Origin: Dipteris shenzhenensis
Lineage: Eukaryota
NCBI GenBank assembly: GCA_047967505.1
Contig: CM106538.1
Length of the DNA stretch: 64,000 bases
Strand: one strand, 5' to 3'
Positions 46,678 to 60,473 of the stretch are shown in pieces; within the stretch, counting starts at the first letter, position 1, and every line of letters begins with the position of its first letter. The translations under genes were made by a program, and so were the position numbers. Under the pieces are notes generated by a model that had not been told where the DNA came from, did no database searches, and saw only the letters and a list, made by a program, of their open reading frames with translations.

Positions 46678-49600
46678 TGTAAGAAATCCTAGATTTACTA
46701 TATTTAGAAATGTGCTAAGGAACAGAAAGGAGACTGAAATAGCAAAGAACAAGAAATATTTGTATTGCTTGAGTGTCTGTAGTATCTGTAGTGTGTCATC
46801 CATACAATTGGGCCTCTCTTATATAGAGAGTGAAGAGTCACACATGAAAAAGTGTGTACTCCAAAGTGTATGTGCATGAAGAGGTGTGTACCCCTTGTGA
46901 AGGGTGTAACCCTTGATGAGAGGGTACATTACAATAGGAGTGTCTCTTCAATAGAATGTCTCTTGTGAAGGGTTGTGCCTTATAGGAAGTGTCCCGTCGA
47001 AAGGGCATACCCTTCCACAAGTGTCCATTCATCAAACCATCCATAAGTCTAAGGTATAGAGAAAGGAATACGTCACAGATCGTGACATCCCCTCCCACTC
47101 AAAATAAGACCCTGGTGGAGATAATGAACTGATGTAGAAAATATCACGGTAAATTCTGAAAATACTGCTGTAAAATGTCAGGGTACTGCAATAAGTCTTC
47201 ATCACATTGCCAAGTAGCGTCGAAGGCGTCCAGATCTCGCCAAAGAACAAGGAATTTCGTGATAAGTCGATATCGAGTCTCTCGCTGTCGATGGTCCAAA
47301 ATACGCTCAGGAATAGGGAGAACATAATCGTCTTTGATTTTTGGGACATAATCACCAGCAGGAGGAACTGCTTCATCGCCTGAAATATACATCTTTAGCC
47401 AAGGAATATGAAATGTCGGATGGATTTTACCCCATGATGGTGGTAATTCCAATTTGTAACTTAAAGGTGAATTTTTCTTGACGATCCAGAAAAGGTCCAT
47501 AGGATCTTGGGCACAACTTAGGAAACACAGACTTAGCCGTCTTATAGCGATGTGGGGCTACAAATAATAGCACCATGTCACCACTGTCAAATTACAGGTG
47601 ATGTCTATGTTTGTTGGCAGACCGTTGATACGCTCTTGCGCTTTTTGCATATGATCCATGACTTGGAGTAGAATGTCTTGCATTTCTTGAACCAGTTGAT
47701 CGGCTAGGGCCACTCGATGTTGAAGTACAAAATTCGTCGGTACAATCGGAGTGTGTCCATAAGCTGCTTGAAATGGAGTCATGCTGATGGCACTATGGAA
47801 AGAGTTATTATAAGCAAACTCAAGGAGTGGTAGATACTCTTCCCAAGCTGCTAGGCGTGACTGAATATAATGTCGAAGCATTTCTTCTAGAACTTGGTTG
47901 ACTCTTTCAGTCTGACCCTCTAATTCTGGGTGGTAGACTGAACTGAATTGTAGAATTCTACCCAAAGATTCGAACAGTGAAATCCAAAAGTGACTGGTAA
48001 ACTTAGGATCTCTGTCGGATATAATATCCTTGGGCAATCCATGGTGTCGGAAGATGTGTTGTATGAAGAGTTTGGCTATGTTCGGAGCCTGTGCACTACT
48101 TTTGCAAGCAACAAAGTGTGCCATTTTGGACAATCGATCAACAATTACCATAATCTGAGTGTTACCTCTGGAGGATCGTGGTAGTGTTGTAATGAAATCC
48201 ATGGAAATACTTTCCCACCTTTCAATTGGAACTGGAAGAGGCTGAAGAAGTCCTGCTGGAAGTCATCGGCTTGCTTTCATTTGTTGACAAGATAGGCAAG
48301 ATGTAACCATTTTGATGACGTCGCTTTTCATCTGAGGCCAGTAGTATGTTGCACTAAGCAACCTATAAGTCTTATTGATGCCTGGATGGGCAGCATAAGG
48401 AACTACATGATGCTCTTTTAACAAAAGACGTCGAACATCCTTGTCATGTGGTACACAGACGCGATCTTGATAATACAGAAGGTCGTCCGTATAAGAATAG
48501 GATGAGAAAATCTTCTGTTCGGAAGTCAAAGGTTGATCTTTTGAAAGAACTTGTACTATTGTGCCGAAGTCTTTATCATTGAAATACTTCCCTTTGAATG
48601 AATTCGGAACATCCACAAATAATGTAGAGATTACCATAGCTGATGCTAGAGTTAACCTGCTGAGAGCATCTGCAACTACATTGCGTAGTCCTAGAATGTA
48701 CTCAATGGTCATGTGAAAGTTGGCCAGAAACTCAACCCAGCGTGCTTGTCGAGCGTTCATGACTGACTGAATAAAGATATACTTTAGAGAGTGATGGTCT
48801 GTCTTGACCACCGAGTCGGCTCCCATGAGATGATGTTTCCAAGAGCGATAAGCATGTACAACGGCAAGAAACTCCTTATCATAAACCGGGTATCGGGTTT
48901 GGATATCGGAATGTTTATGGCTGTCAAAAGCAAGAACTCTGCCTTCTTGCATCAAGACTGCTCCTGTAGCGATGTCGGAAGCGTCGGTCATAACCTCAAA
49001 TGGAAGGTTTGGGTCAGCAATAGCCATAACTGGTGTGGTAGTGAGTGCTTGCTTGAGTTGTTGGAAACTATACTCTGTTTCGGGAAGCCACTGAAAAACT
49101 GCTGTGCTTTTCAATAATTCGGACATAGGAGCTGCGATTTCGAAAAACTGATATATGGTAGAAGTTTGCCAATCCGAGAAAAGAGCGGACATCATGAACA
49201 TTCTTAGAAGTAGGCCAGAGTTTCGGATTACCTCGACCTTCTTGGGATCCACAGAGATGCCTTGAGCTGAAATAACATGTCCCAAATATTCGGGTTGGGT
49301 CTTGAAGAACTCACTCTTCTCAATGTTGATGTAGAGAGAATTTTTTAGCGGAGAGCTTCAAAAACTTGGTGAAGATGTTGTTTGTGCTCATGTAGGGATC
49401 TGCTGAAAACGAGGATGTCATCGAGGTAAACGATGACAAACTTATCGAGGAAAGGCCTGAAGATGTCGTTCATTAGTGTCATGAATGTGGCCGGGGCATT
49501 GTTTAACCCAAAAGGCATGACCAAACATTCATAGTGTCCATACTTTGTTCGAAAAGCTGTCTTGTACTCATCGCTTTCTCGTATGCGAATTTGATGATAA

Positions 49601-52600
49601 CCTGAACGAAGATCAATCTTTGAGAATTGTGTTGCGTGTAGAAGTTGATCGAAGACATCATTGATGCGAGGCAATGGATACTTGTTTTTTATAGTGAGCT
49701 TGTTGAGGGCTCGGTAGTCGATGCAGAGACGCATTGACTTATTCTTTTTTTCACAAGTAGTACAGGAGATCCGAAAGGGCTACGACTGGGCCGAATGTGA
49801 CCTTTGTCAAGTAGTTCGGTCACCTGTCTTTGGATTTCTTCATTTTGAGTGTAAGAAACCCGATAAGGAGGTTTCAACGGTGGATTACTGCCAGGAATAA
49901 GTTCGATTGGGTGATCCACTGGTCGTCGAGGTGGTAACTGCTTTGGCAATTCCTGTGGAAAAATATCCAGGTAGGGCTGAAAAAAAGGTTGGTTGAGGTA
50001 TTTTGGAGGATCCTTTGTCGGTGTCTCCTCTACTGCCATAACCAACAGAAGTGAAGTCTTTACTTGACGTTTACGAACCCACTTCTTTACTTGTAGGGCA
50101 GAGGTAACTAGGATTCAAGGAGAGTCCCTAGAACCAGTTAGCTCAATAAGTTTTCCCTGGTGGAAAAACTGGATAGTATGGCTACGAAAACTGATTGATG
50201 GATCATAGTCGTAGAGCCACTGTTGTCCAAGTATGACATCGTACCGAGAAAGAGGCATGATGTCGAAGTTCAACTTGTCCGTATAATGTTGGATGCGAAA
50301 AGACAAGTTTTTGATCCTAGTGTTGCACAAGAAGGTAGTTCCATTTGCGAGTTCACTCTGATAGTCCATGAGACTAGGACTGGTAATCAACCGAAGTTTG
50401 GCGACCATAGAACTAGCTAGGAAGTTATAAGAGCAGCCACTGTCGATAAGGATAGTGACCGTTGTTCCACTAATCGATCCTTGAACACAAAGTACTTGAG
50501 TCGCCAGGAAGGTTCGGGGTTGCTGGCAAGGCTCAGGTGGATGGTATTTGCCATTCGAACAGCTTTGCCTTTCTTGTCTTGTGCTGGGGTAGCATCTTCT
50601 GTTTGGGAAGTGCTAGGTTCCATATTGGAATTTTGCTTTGGTCGCTTGGGACAATCGAACCATCTATGGTCGCCTGTACAGATGGTACAAAGTCCTTTTG
50701 TGCTAGAGTTGTTCTTCTTGTCAGTGGCCGCACCTTTATGTTGGGGATGACGGTGATGACTTTGTGAAGAAGAAGAGGCGCGATCCTTGGAGGAGTGCTT
50801 CTGTTGAAATCCAGCATATAATTTCTAAGACTTGTGGGGATCTTGAGACTGTCGCCGACCTTGATTACCCGAGTTTTTTCTAAACCTGGGGTTATCTTGA
50901 GGGCGAGCACCTTTGGCCATAGTAGAGTTCTGTGTTCGATTAGCACTCTGCTTCCCTGTGTTTTGGAAATCTGTTATGCGCTCTGCATAAGCAATAGCGC
51001 CAGCTATGGTGGTGATGTTTGCTTTAAGGACATCAATGCGTAACGAGGGATTTAGGCCTGAGATGAAAGCATGAAGGCGACCATCATCAGTTAACCCATC
51101 ACTCTCCAGCACCAATGTGGTGAACTGAGAGATGTAGGAAGACAAGGAGCATGTTTGCTCCAACTGTCGGAGTTTTGGACATGCTTGGAAGTCCGCATTG
51201 GCAGGTATGAACTGCTTACGGAGCACATGTTCAAAACGTTCCCAAGTTAACACACTTTTGCCATCCTTTAAGCGTCGTTGCCACCATAGGAAAGCTGTAT
51301 CCTTGAGGAGGGAGGCTGCCAAGGCAATCTTTTTGCCTTCAGTGAGGTCAACAGTATCAAAGTACATGCGCAGTTTTGCGAGCCATTGGTCAACTGTTCG
51401 GCGATTTCGTTGACCAGTGTAGGCTTCCGGAAGTTTAATGTCAAGTCTTTTAGTTTTGGAAGCTTGGAGTAAACGGTAGAGGGCACGGAGTTCAGTGTTT
51501 TCTACCTCTGGTGGGAATGAGTCCACATAGTCCTCTGGTTGCGTCACGTCATCCTCTGTATGTGTGGTACTGCGAGAATCTTGGAGTTGTTGGACTTTCT
51601 GGACCAAGTCGGAGATGCTGTCCTGAAGCTGGGAAATTTGAAGTCGCCTTGTAAGTTGACTTCAAGGGTCTTTTTTGGACTTGAGTCGCTTATTTCCGAA
51701 GAGGTTGCACGCGAGCGTTGCAACATATCGGAGATCCCTGTGAGAAAAGCACGAACCTGTGCTCTAGTTTGTACCATTCCTGGAAGAAGATTCGGGCAGC
51801 TCCCTGAGGTTGCTCATGTTGGAGGGGGCAGGAGAAGCAAGATGAAACCAGCCGTGGAAATCTGGTAAAGGAGGTCCTGTCTGAGGTAACACTGGTGATG
51901 CCGAAGTGGATGTTACTGCTCGTGAGAGTACAGGGGTAGGTTGCACAATCCACGGATCTGAGAAAGGATAAGGAACTGCTGTCGGAAGTGGAGGATATCC
52001 AAGAGGAGTGCCTTCAGAGTGTAAATACTGTCTTGGGGAAGGTACAACCTATATAGGAGGATATATGGGAGCTGAAGGAGGTGGAGAGTACCCTGGAGAT
52101 GCTGAAGCTGAGGGGTAAAAATCTCTCCAAAGATGGACAGCAAACTCGTGAGAGATATCGGGTTCTGGGTATCTACGTGTCTCGTGGAACACAACCTGGA
52201 CTGTGCTGAGGAAGTAATGTAACTGAGGTGCCTCACGCAGAAGGTATAGGATGTGGTCCAAATCACTGGAAGGGCACATGACACAGAAGACCCACGATGC
52301 AAAAGCTCCGAATACGATATTGTGTGGTAGATGATGCCTGAGGTGTCCTTGAAGGGACTGGGGAATTACCAAGGGTTTCCATGCTTTAAGGAGGCGGCTT
52401 TCATTTGCTGTAATTTGATAATAAGCGTCAAATAACAATATGAAAGAGAATCCTTATAAATAGAATGGAAAGAATCCACCTGGCATAGATTAGGTCTGCC
52501 AATTAGTTGCATAGAATGGCCTGAAAATCTCTGTCCGGAGGTCCATTTACTACCTTTGCAGGTTCACGTTGAAGTGTGAGCAAGAAAAAGGTGCCTGGCG

Positions 52601-54330
52601 AGACTTTCGAGGCAGATTGCGGCGTTGGCAGAGGCTTGGTGCAGAAAAGGGCAGATTGCGTGAAACCAAACACGCTTTTCCTGCGTTGAATTCAGATGAA
52701 AAGTGCCTGTGGGGTGCGAGGAGCAGATTGGGGCCTGGCTGGTCGAATTGGAAGGCAGCAAAAGAGCGCTGTTCACAGGCTAAGGTGGCAAGATGAGCCA
52801 GCAGGATTCAGGCTGGTCTGAATCGCGATAGAGGGGCAGAAAAACTGCTGGGCACAGGTAGGTATGGTGGCGAAAAAAAGGGGCAGCCTGCTTGCTTGTG
52901 GCGATGCTTGCTGCGTGCTTCCAAGGCTGATTCGCGGCAGCATGGGCAGGGATCTGGCGCTGAGAGACTGGCAGGAACCCAGGGCAGCAAACCAGCTGAT
53001 GGAGGGCTGCGTATGGCGTGGAAAGGGAGGCGAGCCTGCGTGACGAATTTCCGTACGGGCTTCAAACGGGAATCGTCATTTTTTGTGTGGCTGCCTTGGT
53101 TGGGTGGTTGCCAAAAATTAAAACGTGGGTTTAATTAACCCTTGGGTAGTCTAGGGGCCTAAGGTATGGGGCTGGGTTTTCCTTTTTAGCCCCTCTAGGT
53201 ACCCTTTTATAAGGTGCTTGGTGCCAAAAGGTGTGCCTATTCTAAGGGGTGTGACCCTTGGAATAGGTGTACCTTTTCATGAAGGGGTGTGACCCTGTTT
53301 TCAAAAGGGGTGTACCCACACGAAGAGGTGTGTCCTTTTTTCCATGATGGGGTATGTCCCTTGACGTGTGAGATAGGAGTGGTGGTGGAGCTTGGGGTGG
53401 TGGGTTAACTTGGGGTGGGCCCAAGGGCAGAGGCCATATGGGGTATATAGGATGTGATGGCCTCACCAAGACGAAGTCACCTTGCTTAACATCCACCATT
53501 GGTCTAAACTCTTCCCTCAGCTTACCTTTTAGAGGCCCACAATAGTGATCATTCCATTCCTCATAGCCTTGGAAATCATTAATGCAAGCATCTATATCAT
53601 CCTCCTCATCAGGAGATTGTGTTCTTGGCCAAAACTCTCTATACACTCCTATCTCTGAGATGTTTTCCTGTTCGAGCTCACCGATCATGGTTTTCCAATA
53701 GTCTATCACTGGCCACATCAACTCGTGATGTGTGGGAGATGGAGAGACCATTGATGACTTTAGGTAGCGTTGGCGCTAAAAATTTTTACGCTCATTCTCT
53801 CCATCTCTTCCATGCACAATGTGCACGGATATCCTTCTAGCGGAAAGAGATGTATCAGATAGGCGCTAGAAGGTGGGGGGCATTTCCTACAGGTAGGAGC
53901 AAAATTTGCTCTGATACCACTCTAAGAAATCCTAGATTTACTATATTTAGAAATGTGCTAAGGAACAGAAAGGAGACTGAAATAGCAGAGAACAAGGAAT
54001 ATTTGTATTGCTTGAGTGTCTATAGTATCTATAGTGTGTCATCCATACAATTGGGCCTCTCTTATATAGAGAGTGAAGAGTCACACATGAAAAGGTATGT
54101 ACTCCAAAGTGTATGTGCATGAAGAGGTGTGTACCCCTTGTTAAGGGTGTGACCCTTGATGAGAGGGTACATTACAATAGGAGTGCCTCTTCAATAGAAT
54201 GTCTCTTGTGAAGGGTTGTGCCTTATAGGAAGTGTCCCGTCGAAAGGGCATACCCTTCCACAAGTGTCCATTCATCAAACCATCCATAAGTCTAAGGTAT
54301 AGAGAAAGGAATACGTCACAGATCGTGACA
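46678..54330 (-). mobile_element. Ty3/gypsy chromovirus F: 410-bp LTRs 46678-47087 and 53921-54330, TSD GATGC
   Basis: PBS at 53908-53919, gag from MVQTR (51777), PR, RT (YLDDIL), RH, INT, chromodomain KFLVLW..FDATW, PPT at 47088-47097. About 10 LTR differences by eye. It is inserted in E's integrase Zn-finger (WECHDA|PSARHPG). Confidence 0.95.
53432..53870 (-). pseudogene. Foreign coding fragment in the F leader, probably a DNA-transposon protein C-terminus
   Basis: YWKTMI..EFWPRT..HYCGP..FRPMVDVKQGDFVLVRPSHPIYPIW, then an abrupt switch to low-complexity and LTR-like repeats. Confidence 0.45.
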
Positions 54331-57300
54331 GATGCTCCTAGTGCTAGACATCCAGGTATACATCGGACTCTATCTCTTGTGAAGCATACCTTTTATTGGC
54401 CTAAGATGCGTGCATTTATTGAAAACTATGTGGTAGGTTTCCGGGTTTGTTAGATTACTAAGACAGAACGCCTTAGAAGCACGGGTTTATTACAGCCATT
54501 GCAAATTCCAGGTAATAAATGGGAAAGTATTTCCATGGATTTTATTACTGGTCAGCCTCGAACGCGCAAGGGTCATGACTCCATTTGGGTCATAGTCGAC
54601 CGTCTGACAAAAATGGCTCGATTCTTACCTACAAGAACAATTGTTTCAACTGTTCAGCTGGCACACGAGTTTGTGGAACACTTGTTTAAGCTGTATGGTT
54701 TGCCCTCTCACATAGTCAGTGACAGGGACTTAAAGTTTACAAGTAACTTTTGGACACACGTTTTTGAGAAGTTAGAAACTACTCTAAGTATGAGTTCCTC
54801 AGATCATGCACAATCCGATGGCAGTACAGAGAAGGTCAACCAATTGGTTGAAGATATGCTTCGGGCATATGTTTCTAAGAGACAGTCTTCATAGGAAGAT
54901 TATCGACCTATGATAGAATTTGCTTATAACAATGCAAACCATTCGAGTACTGGTTACAATCCTTTTATGCTTATGTACGGGTTTCAACCTAAGTCACCAG
55001 TTATGGTTGGGTTAAAGGGAATCCAAAATGATGCTGCAAAGACCTTCTTACTAGACATGCAGGAAATGTTGCAGTTTGCCAAGGAGTCTATTAGAAGTGC
55101 CTAAGATCGGGATAGATTTTATGCTGATAGACATCGTTCACCTAGAGAGTTCTCTGAAGGAACGATAGTATATTTGCGAATTCCCAAGGAATCCAAGAGC
55201 CTAAGTACCGGTTTGGTTCCAAAGTTATCCCCTAGATACTGTGGTCCGTTCAAGGTCATTAAAAGAATTAGACCAATTGCATATCGACTAGAATTGCCTC
55301 TTGATGTTAAAGTACATCCAATATTTCATGTCAGTAGACTGAAAGAAGTATTGGGTGCGGATGATCAACTTGTTTCTCCTCAAGAAATAATAGAAGTTAC
55401 AGATTTGACTTTTATTCCACATGAACCTGAGTGTATTCTTGAATTTCGTAAAAGACAGATTCATAATAGAACTATCACGGAATACAAGATCAAGTGGAGG
55501 GATCGTGTTGAGGAGGATGCAACATGGGAGACATTACAAAACCTCCAGAGGACATTCCCGGGTTTTTTAGCGAACTCAGGAGTGAGTTCTTAGAGGAGGG
55601 GAAGTATGTCATGTGCACAGATTGGTATCCCACATGTACTGGGTGCACAAGACTAGCTCAGGTAGCCTGGGGAGGCTTAGAGCTAGGCAAGCTTGATTCC
55701 CGGGTTGAGTGGCAAGGGTACGAACCAATTAGAGGTCTTCGCTATTTTTGGCGCCTGGGGCCCGAGTCTATATAAAGGGCCCAGAGGTTCAGTTCTCAGA
55801 GAGCCGATAGGAGCAAGTCTCGTTCCCAGGTGCTAGGTCTGATCTTGGATTGAGTTGCAGACGCGCGCCTGCATCATAGCGTAGCCCAAGGCCCAACAAC
55901 AGATCCCAGGCTTCACAACGCCACCCAGTGGTATGGGACACCAGGCTGGTTAGGATCTGGATGGGAGTTCGTGCCAATAGCTCAACTCGTGGCTCGGAGG
56001 GGACATCTCTTGATTCGGGATCACATCTCGTAGATGTCATGGTTGGGTGGTGAGCAGCGTGCTCAGTTTCCTCACGTTGGTGTGTTCTTGTGTTTGCTTG
56101 CACATTAGAGGTTTCAGGAGTGCTGGGATTGTGTCAGCTTCTCTCTTCCGTTTCTGATCCGCCTTCTTCTTCAGGCATTCTTTGGCGGAGTGGCCAAGCT
56201 TTTCACAGTAATAGCACTTCATTTTCTTCTTTCGGTCAGCGTCCTCTAACTTCTTGAACTCCTTTGGCTTGCCTTTTCCAAGCTTGTCTTTGACCACTAA
56301 TGCCTTCTCGTCGGATTGCGTAAACAGTTTCTCTCGAGCCTCCTCCTGAAGCAGGAGTGGACCAAGCTCCTCAAAGGTGATTGGCTTAGTCCGTTGACCC
56401 GCAATGATCGTAGTCACAAAACTTTTGAAACTCCGTGGCAACTTGTGGAGTGTGAGCAACGCCAATTGACTCGAGTCCGCGAGCGGGTCCCGCACGACTT
56501 TCACCTTTATCAGATGGTCATGCACACTATCACCCTCATTCATATCAAGATTATAAAGCTGATGCTGAAGAGTAATGATACGGGCTGTATTATCAGTTTC
56601 ATACAGCTCCTTCAGTATGGCCCACCCCTCTGAAGACGTCTCTGCCAACTGGATATGAGGAATCACAGCATCTGATGTCGTGCCAATTAGCATTGCTAAG
56701 GCTTGAGCATCCCTCTCCTCCCATGCACTGAGTTCATCCGCATCTGCTTCAAAAAAAACTTCATCTCTTTTGTCCACAATGTCCTCTGACTTCTCCTCGG
56801 TCCCAATCACTATCTTCCACAGCTTCTGTGCCAACAGATGGCTTCGGATCTTGACTTTCCAGATTGGATAGTTCATCCCATCGAGCTTTCCAACTTCACC
56901 AAAATTGGGAATAAATGAAGAAGGAAGATGACTGGAGAAGGAGGAAGGACGAGCAGTGGGTGTAAAGGCTTCTGAACGCTAATCCATCTCGTTGAATAGC
57001 AAACTGAACAACTGAAGCAAAAAAAGATGTACTGACCTCCCGTGCTAGCCTGAGCTGAAAACAGAATCGCCTTTCTGCCAAGGGACTCCTTCCTTCAAAG
57101 AGTGCTTTGATGAAGAAGAGTTGTGAGCCTATGGCTCTGATACCATGTTAGAAATCAAGAGGGAATGAATCACTCAAACCTCCACCCAAGATCTCTCCAA
57201 CTCTTACACACACTCAACTCAGATAGATGATCACAGATGCAATAAACACTCTCTCAGAAATAAATATATATTCATCCACCAGATGATGGGCAGAAAAATA

Positions 57301-57478
57301 GCTCCAAGGGAGCAGTACAAAACACAGCAAAGTGCTGGAGAATATTGATGGACTCTCTCTCTCAACAACTGCTCCAGATCTGAGTGCTGAGTCTCTCTCT
57401 CCCCAGCTCTCCTACCTCTCACTACCCCTTGTCCCCTCAAATCGGGAGCTCACAAGTGGGCACAATGAGTTTCTAACA

Positions 57479-60473
57479 GTTAAGGTGTCTCTGGAGCTCC
57501 TCTGCCGAGGAAGACAAAAGAGCCACATCATTTGCATAAAGTAATATCCGGATCAGTGTGCCCGCAAGAGAGCAACCAGCCCCTCCCTGTGTCTGCATCG
57601 CTGTCTCAAGTTCATCAATGTAGAGGCCAAACAGGGTAGGTGATAATGGACACCCTCGTTTGATCCCAATAGTGCTCATGATCTCATCTGTCCACTCAGA
57701 TCCTGCCCAGGACTCTGCCTGAAACTCTCTCGTAAAGTGCCATGACAGCCAAGATGATCTCCTGGTCATAACCCAAATCCTTTAGGCGTCGTATGAGGTG
57801 GGCTCTCGGAACCGTGTCAAATGCCTTGCAGAAATCCACAAAGCAATAGTAAACCCTCTGCTTCCGCGCCCTCGCCTCCTCCCATAAGCATGAGAATGTG
57901 GTCCATGGTTCCATGATCACGCCGAAAACCAGCCCGTCCTGCTACTCTTAGTCCTCGACACTCCGCAACTCTGCTAACCTCGGAATCAAGCACTGATGCA
58001 TAAATCTTGGACATGACATGTCCAATCATAATGGTCATGTAATTCTCCAAGCTCATAGGATCCCTTGCCTTGTGGATCGGTGAAATAGTGTTAATGGCCG
58101 AGGTGCGTGGAAACCCCAAACAAACAGCTTCATTAAAGAGCTTTGCTAAGATCGGGGCTAGAAGGTTAATCCCTTTTGCAATGAACTCAGTGCATAGTCT
58201 CTCATGATCCTTCGCTCGGCGATTATGAAGTTTCATTGCGGCATCCTTTACCCCCCCTTAGTAAAGAGGGTGCATGATGTGGGGCGTGGCATATGTGAAA
58301 GATTAGGGACTGGCTAATTTGGGATGTCATAAAGTGTGCGTGCATAATTATACCAGACCTGAGTGTCAGTGAGTGGTGATGGGGACCCCGTCCCTCTAGA
58401 AATCTCCGCCAAAAGTCCTTAGAGTTGTTACTAAACAAAATGTTCAGTAGTTCCTCCTCGTTCCAACGAATGAAATCTAATTTCTTTCTACCTACTAGTC
58501 GACGATACTTGCGTAGCGTCTCTGGTCTCGCTCAGAAGACTACTTTTGGTTTCGAATCTAGCTATTACGAGATACGGTCCCAAGGGGTGGTGGGCGGGTG
58601 GAGCAAGTGGTGTGAGGGAAAGCATGAAGGACAGCCTCGTGCAATGAGCAGGTAACCATGGCAGCACGGTCCTGTAATAGGGGTATGAAGTCAATATAAG
58701 CGAGAAGTATGTACAGACGGCCATAGTAAGTAGATGAGTGGTCGCGGTCAAAGCGTATATCATGATAGGTGGAGTAAGAACTCAGTGGGGTGGAGGGCGC
58801 TGTGGGACGAGGAGTGGAAATGCTAAAGAAAAGGTAGATATGATCAACCCCTGGAGGGAGAGGTGCTACAATAAAATCAATGATGCGAGATGTGAAGACA
58901 GGGGATCCCATGATGTAATCAACAATGCTAGAACCTCCCCCATGTGGAAAACATATGAGGACCACCTGAGGCAAGCCATCTGTCAAGACCATTATAATAA
59001 TGAGATCATGCATCCTACCGAGGTCTAAAAGGGCTTGCCCGTAAGATGTGACTGGACCTCGTCTGTCAGACGAAACCTGTAGCATACATGCATCCTCAAG
59101 GTCAATGTCTGGCAATAGAAGGGAATCATCCCTGAAGTCGAGGAGTGGTACCTGATGGACGCCTGTCCTCGTGTTGAAGTCCCAACTAGGAGGACTTCTC
59201 CGCGGCTAGAAAAGTCAACAATGGACTGATAAAGAGCTGCAAATGGAGATGTCTCATCCTCGTCTCGAGTATCCCTAGCAAAGTGGGAGGTCTCAGGAGG
59301 GAAGTAGCATACTGCAACAAACAAATCCTAGCTGTCCAAGTGTCAGATCCAGATTAAGAGAAACCTAGAATGTGCATCTCTCAGCTCTATTAAAATGGAT
59401 CCCAACAGTGTGGATCTATAAAGCAATGCTACTCCACCTGACCCTTACCCTCCCCCTATATCCCTCGTCTCATCTCTGTAGGCAGACTCCCATGTGTACC
59501 CGCTGACTACTGGTAGTGGGCGCTCTGAGCTCTTATGTGTCTCCGAGTAAAAGACTATGACGTGACCTATGTAGGATTCCGAGAAGTTCCCTAGTTCAGA
59601 CCATAAGGTACCATTACAGTTCCAAATGGTCAGGATAGGGTCTTGGATATCCGAGTCTCATAGACCCCACTTCCCTATGTAAGGGAGGAGCTACCCAACT
59701 GGGGCCTGTAAGAAGTCGTCCCTCTCGTACCACTGCCCCCTTCCCCTCCTTCCGGGCCTAATCCTGCTATCATAACAAGGAGCGCATCTCCTCAGACTAT
59801 AGGGAGGTGAGGTCGTCATCCATAGAGACCGTTGGCTGATCTCGTAGGACTGACCTGTGCCGTAAAGCTGAAAGTCGTGCTTGAGCGTCATGAAACCATA
59901 TGATTAGGGGCTGCTCTCAATTGGGGTCTCTCCCCACCCGCCATGCCCTCTCCATCCTGTGCTCAACCAAACCTAGAGTAGTGGCCACAAAGGCCGTCAC
60001 ATCTCTCATCGGTGTAGCCTTAGTGCGCCGCATCCCACGGACTCTGATGTTAAGAGCCTTGCTACTGCTCCATGAGGGTAGCCAAAACGGTTACCCTTGC
60101 AGGTTCCCGTTTGGCCACGTCAACCCATGTGGAAGTCCCCTCAATGATAGATTGCATGCTCACAATCTGTGCCTCAACAACCGGGGTGCTCCCTGGAACT
60201 GTGTGTGGCTATGACCTCCAGCTGGAGCTGCGACATATCCTGTCCGGGTCCCTGAATGAGACCAGCCTGCTCCCGAATGGCGCGAGCCTGTTCCAGTATG
60301 ACGTGGCTCTGCTTTGGTTGAAGCGGACCTGCTCCTGTGCGAAGCGTGTCGGCTCCATCCCACGCTCACGGATACTATGTACCTCCATGAGCACGGTCTC
60401 CCAAGCCTCTGGTGCGTAAGCCCGTCCGTGTCCTAGCTGAAACTGGAATGGCTGTGATATAAGAGTATGGGGA
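57479..60473 (-). mobile_element. 5' part of an RTEX/CR1-like LINE (ORF1 part, APE, RT), cut by D on the left and G on the right
   Basis: ORF1 PLIIWF..DDDLT..ARKEGK; APE IWNCNG, CYFPP, IVDYI, DH; RT FVDFCKAFDTVPR, GIKRGCPLSPTLFGLYID, LYANDV. Confidence 0.85.

Larger units (their letters stand above)
41919..56136 (+). mobile_element. Ty3/gypsy chromovirus E: LTRs 41919-42428 and 55607-56136, TSD GCTTC; contains gypsy F
   Basis: PBS TGGTATCAGAGCC at 42431, gag ATG at 43369, [16 protein letters not shown] (FLDDIL), RH. Integrase resumes at 54331; chromodomain EYKIKW..EDATWE; PPT at 55592-55604. Confidence 0.95.
38587..57478 (-). mobile_element. Ty1/copia element D: 5' LTR 57146-57478, PBS 57134-57145, gag ~56987-56137, pol 41918-38696, truncated 3' LTR 38587-38682; contains gypsy E
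   Basis: LTR TGTTAGAAA...TTTCTAACA. Joining across TSD GCTTC gives KKKADQKRKREARNKEEPK...WYVDSGASKHMS. RT YVDDL, RH KHIEVHYHFVRE, PPT at 38683-38690. Confidence 0.92.

Noticed and set aside
46680-46879. Apparent novel C-terminal extension of gypsy E pol, also ORF 53850-54122
   Set aside because: This is read-through into the LTR of inserted element F.
56037-56136. Apparent C-terminus of D Gag (DTIPALLKPL...)
   Set aside because: This is read-through into E's 3' LTR; the true frame continues at 41918.
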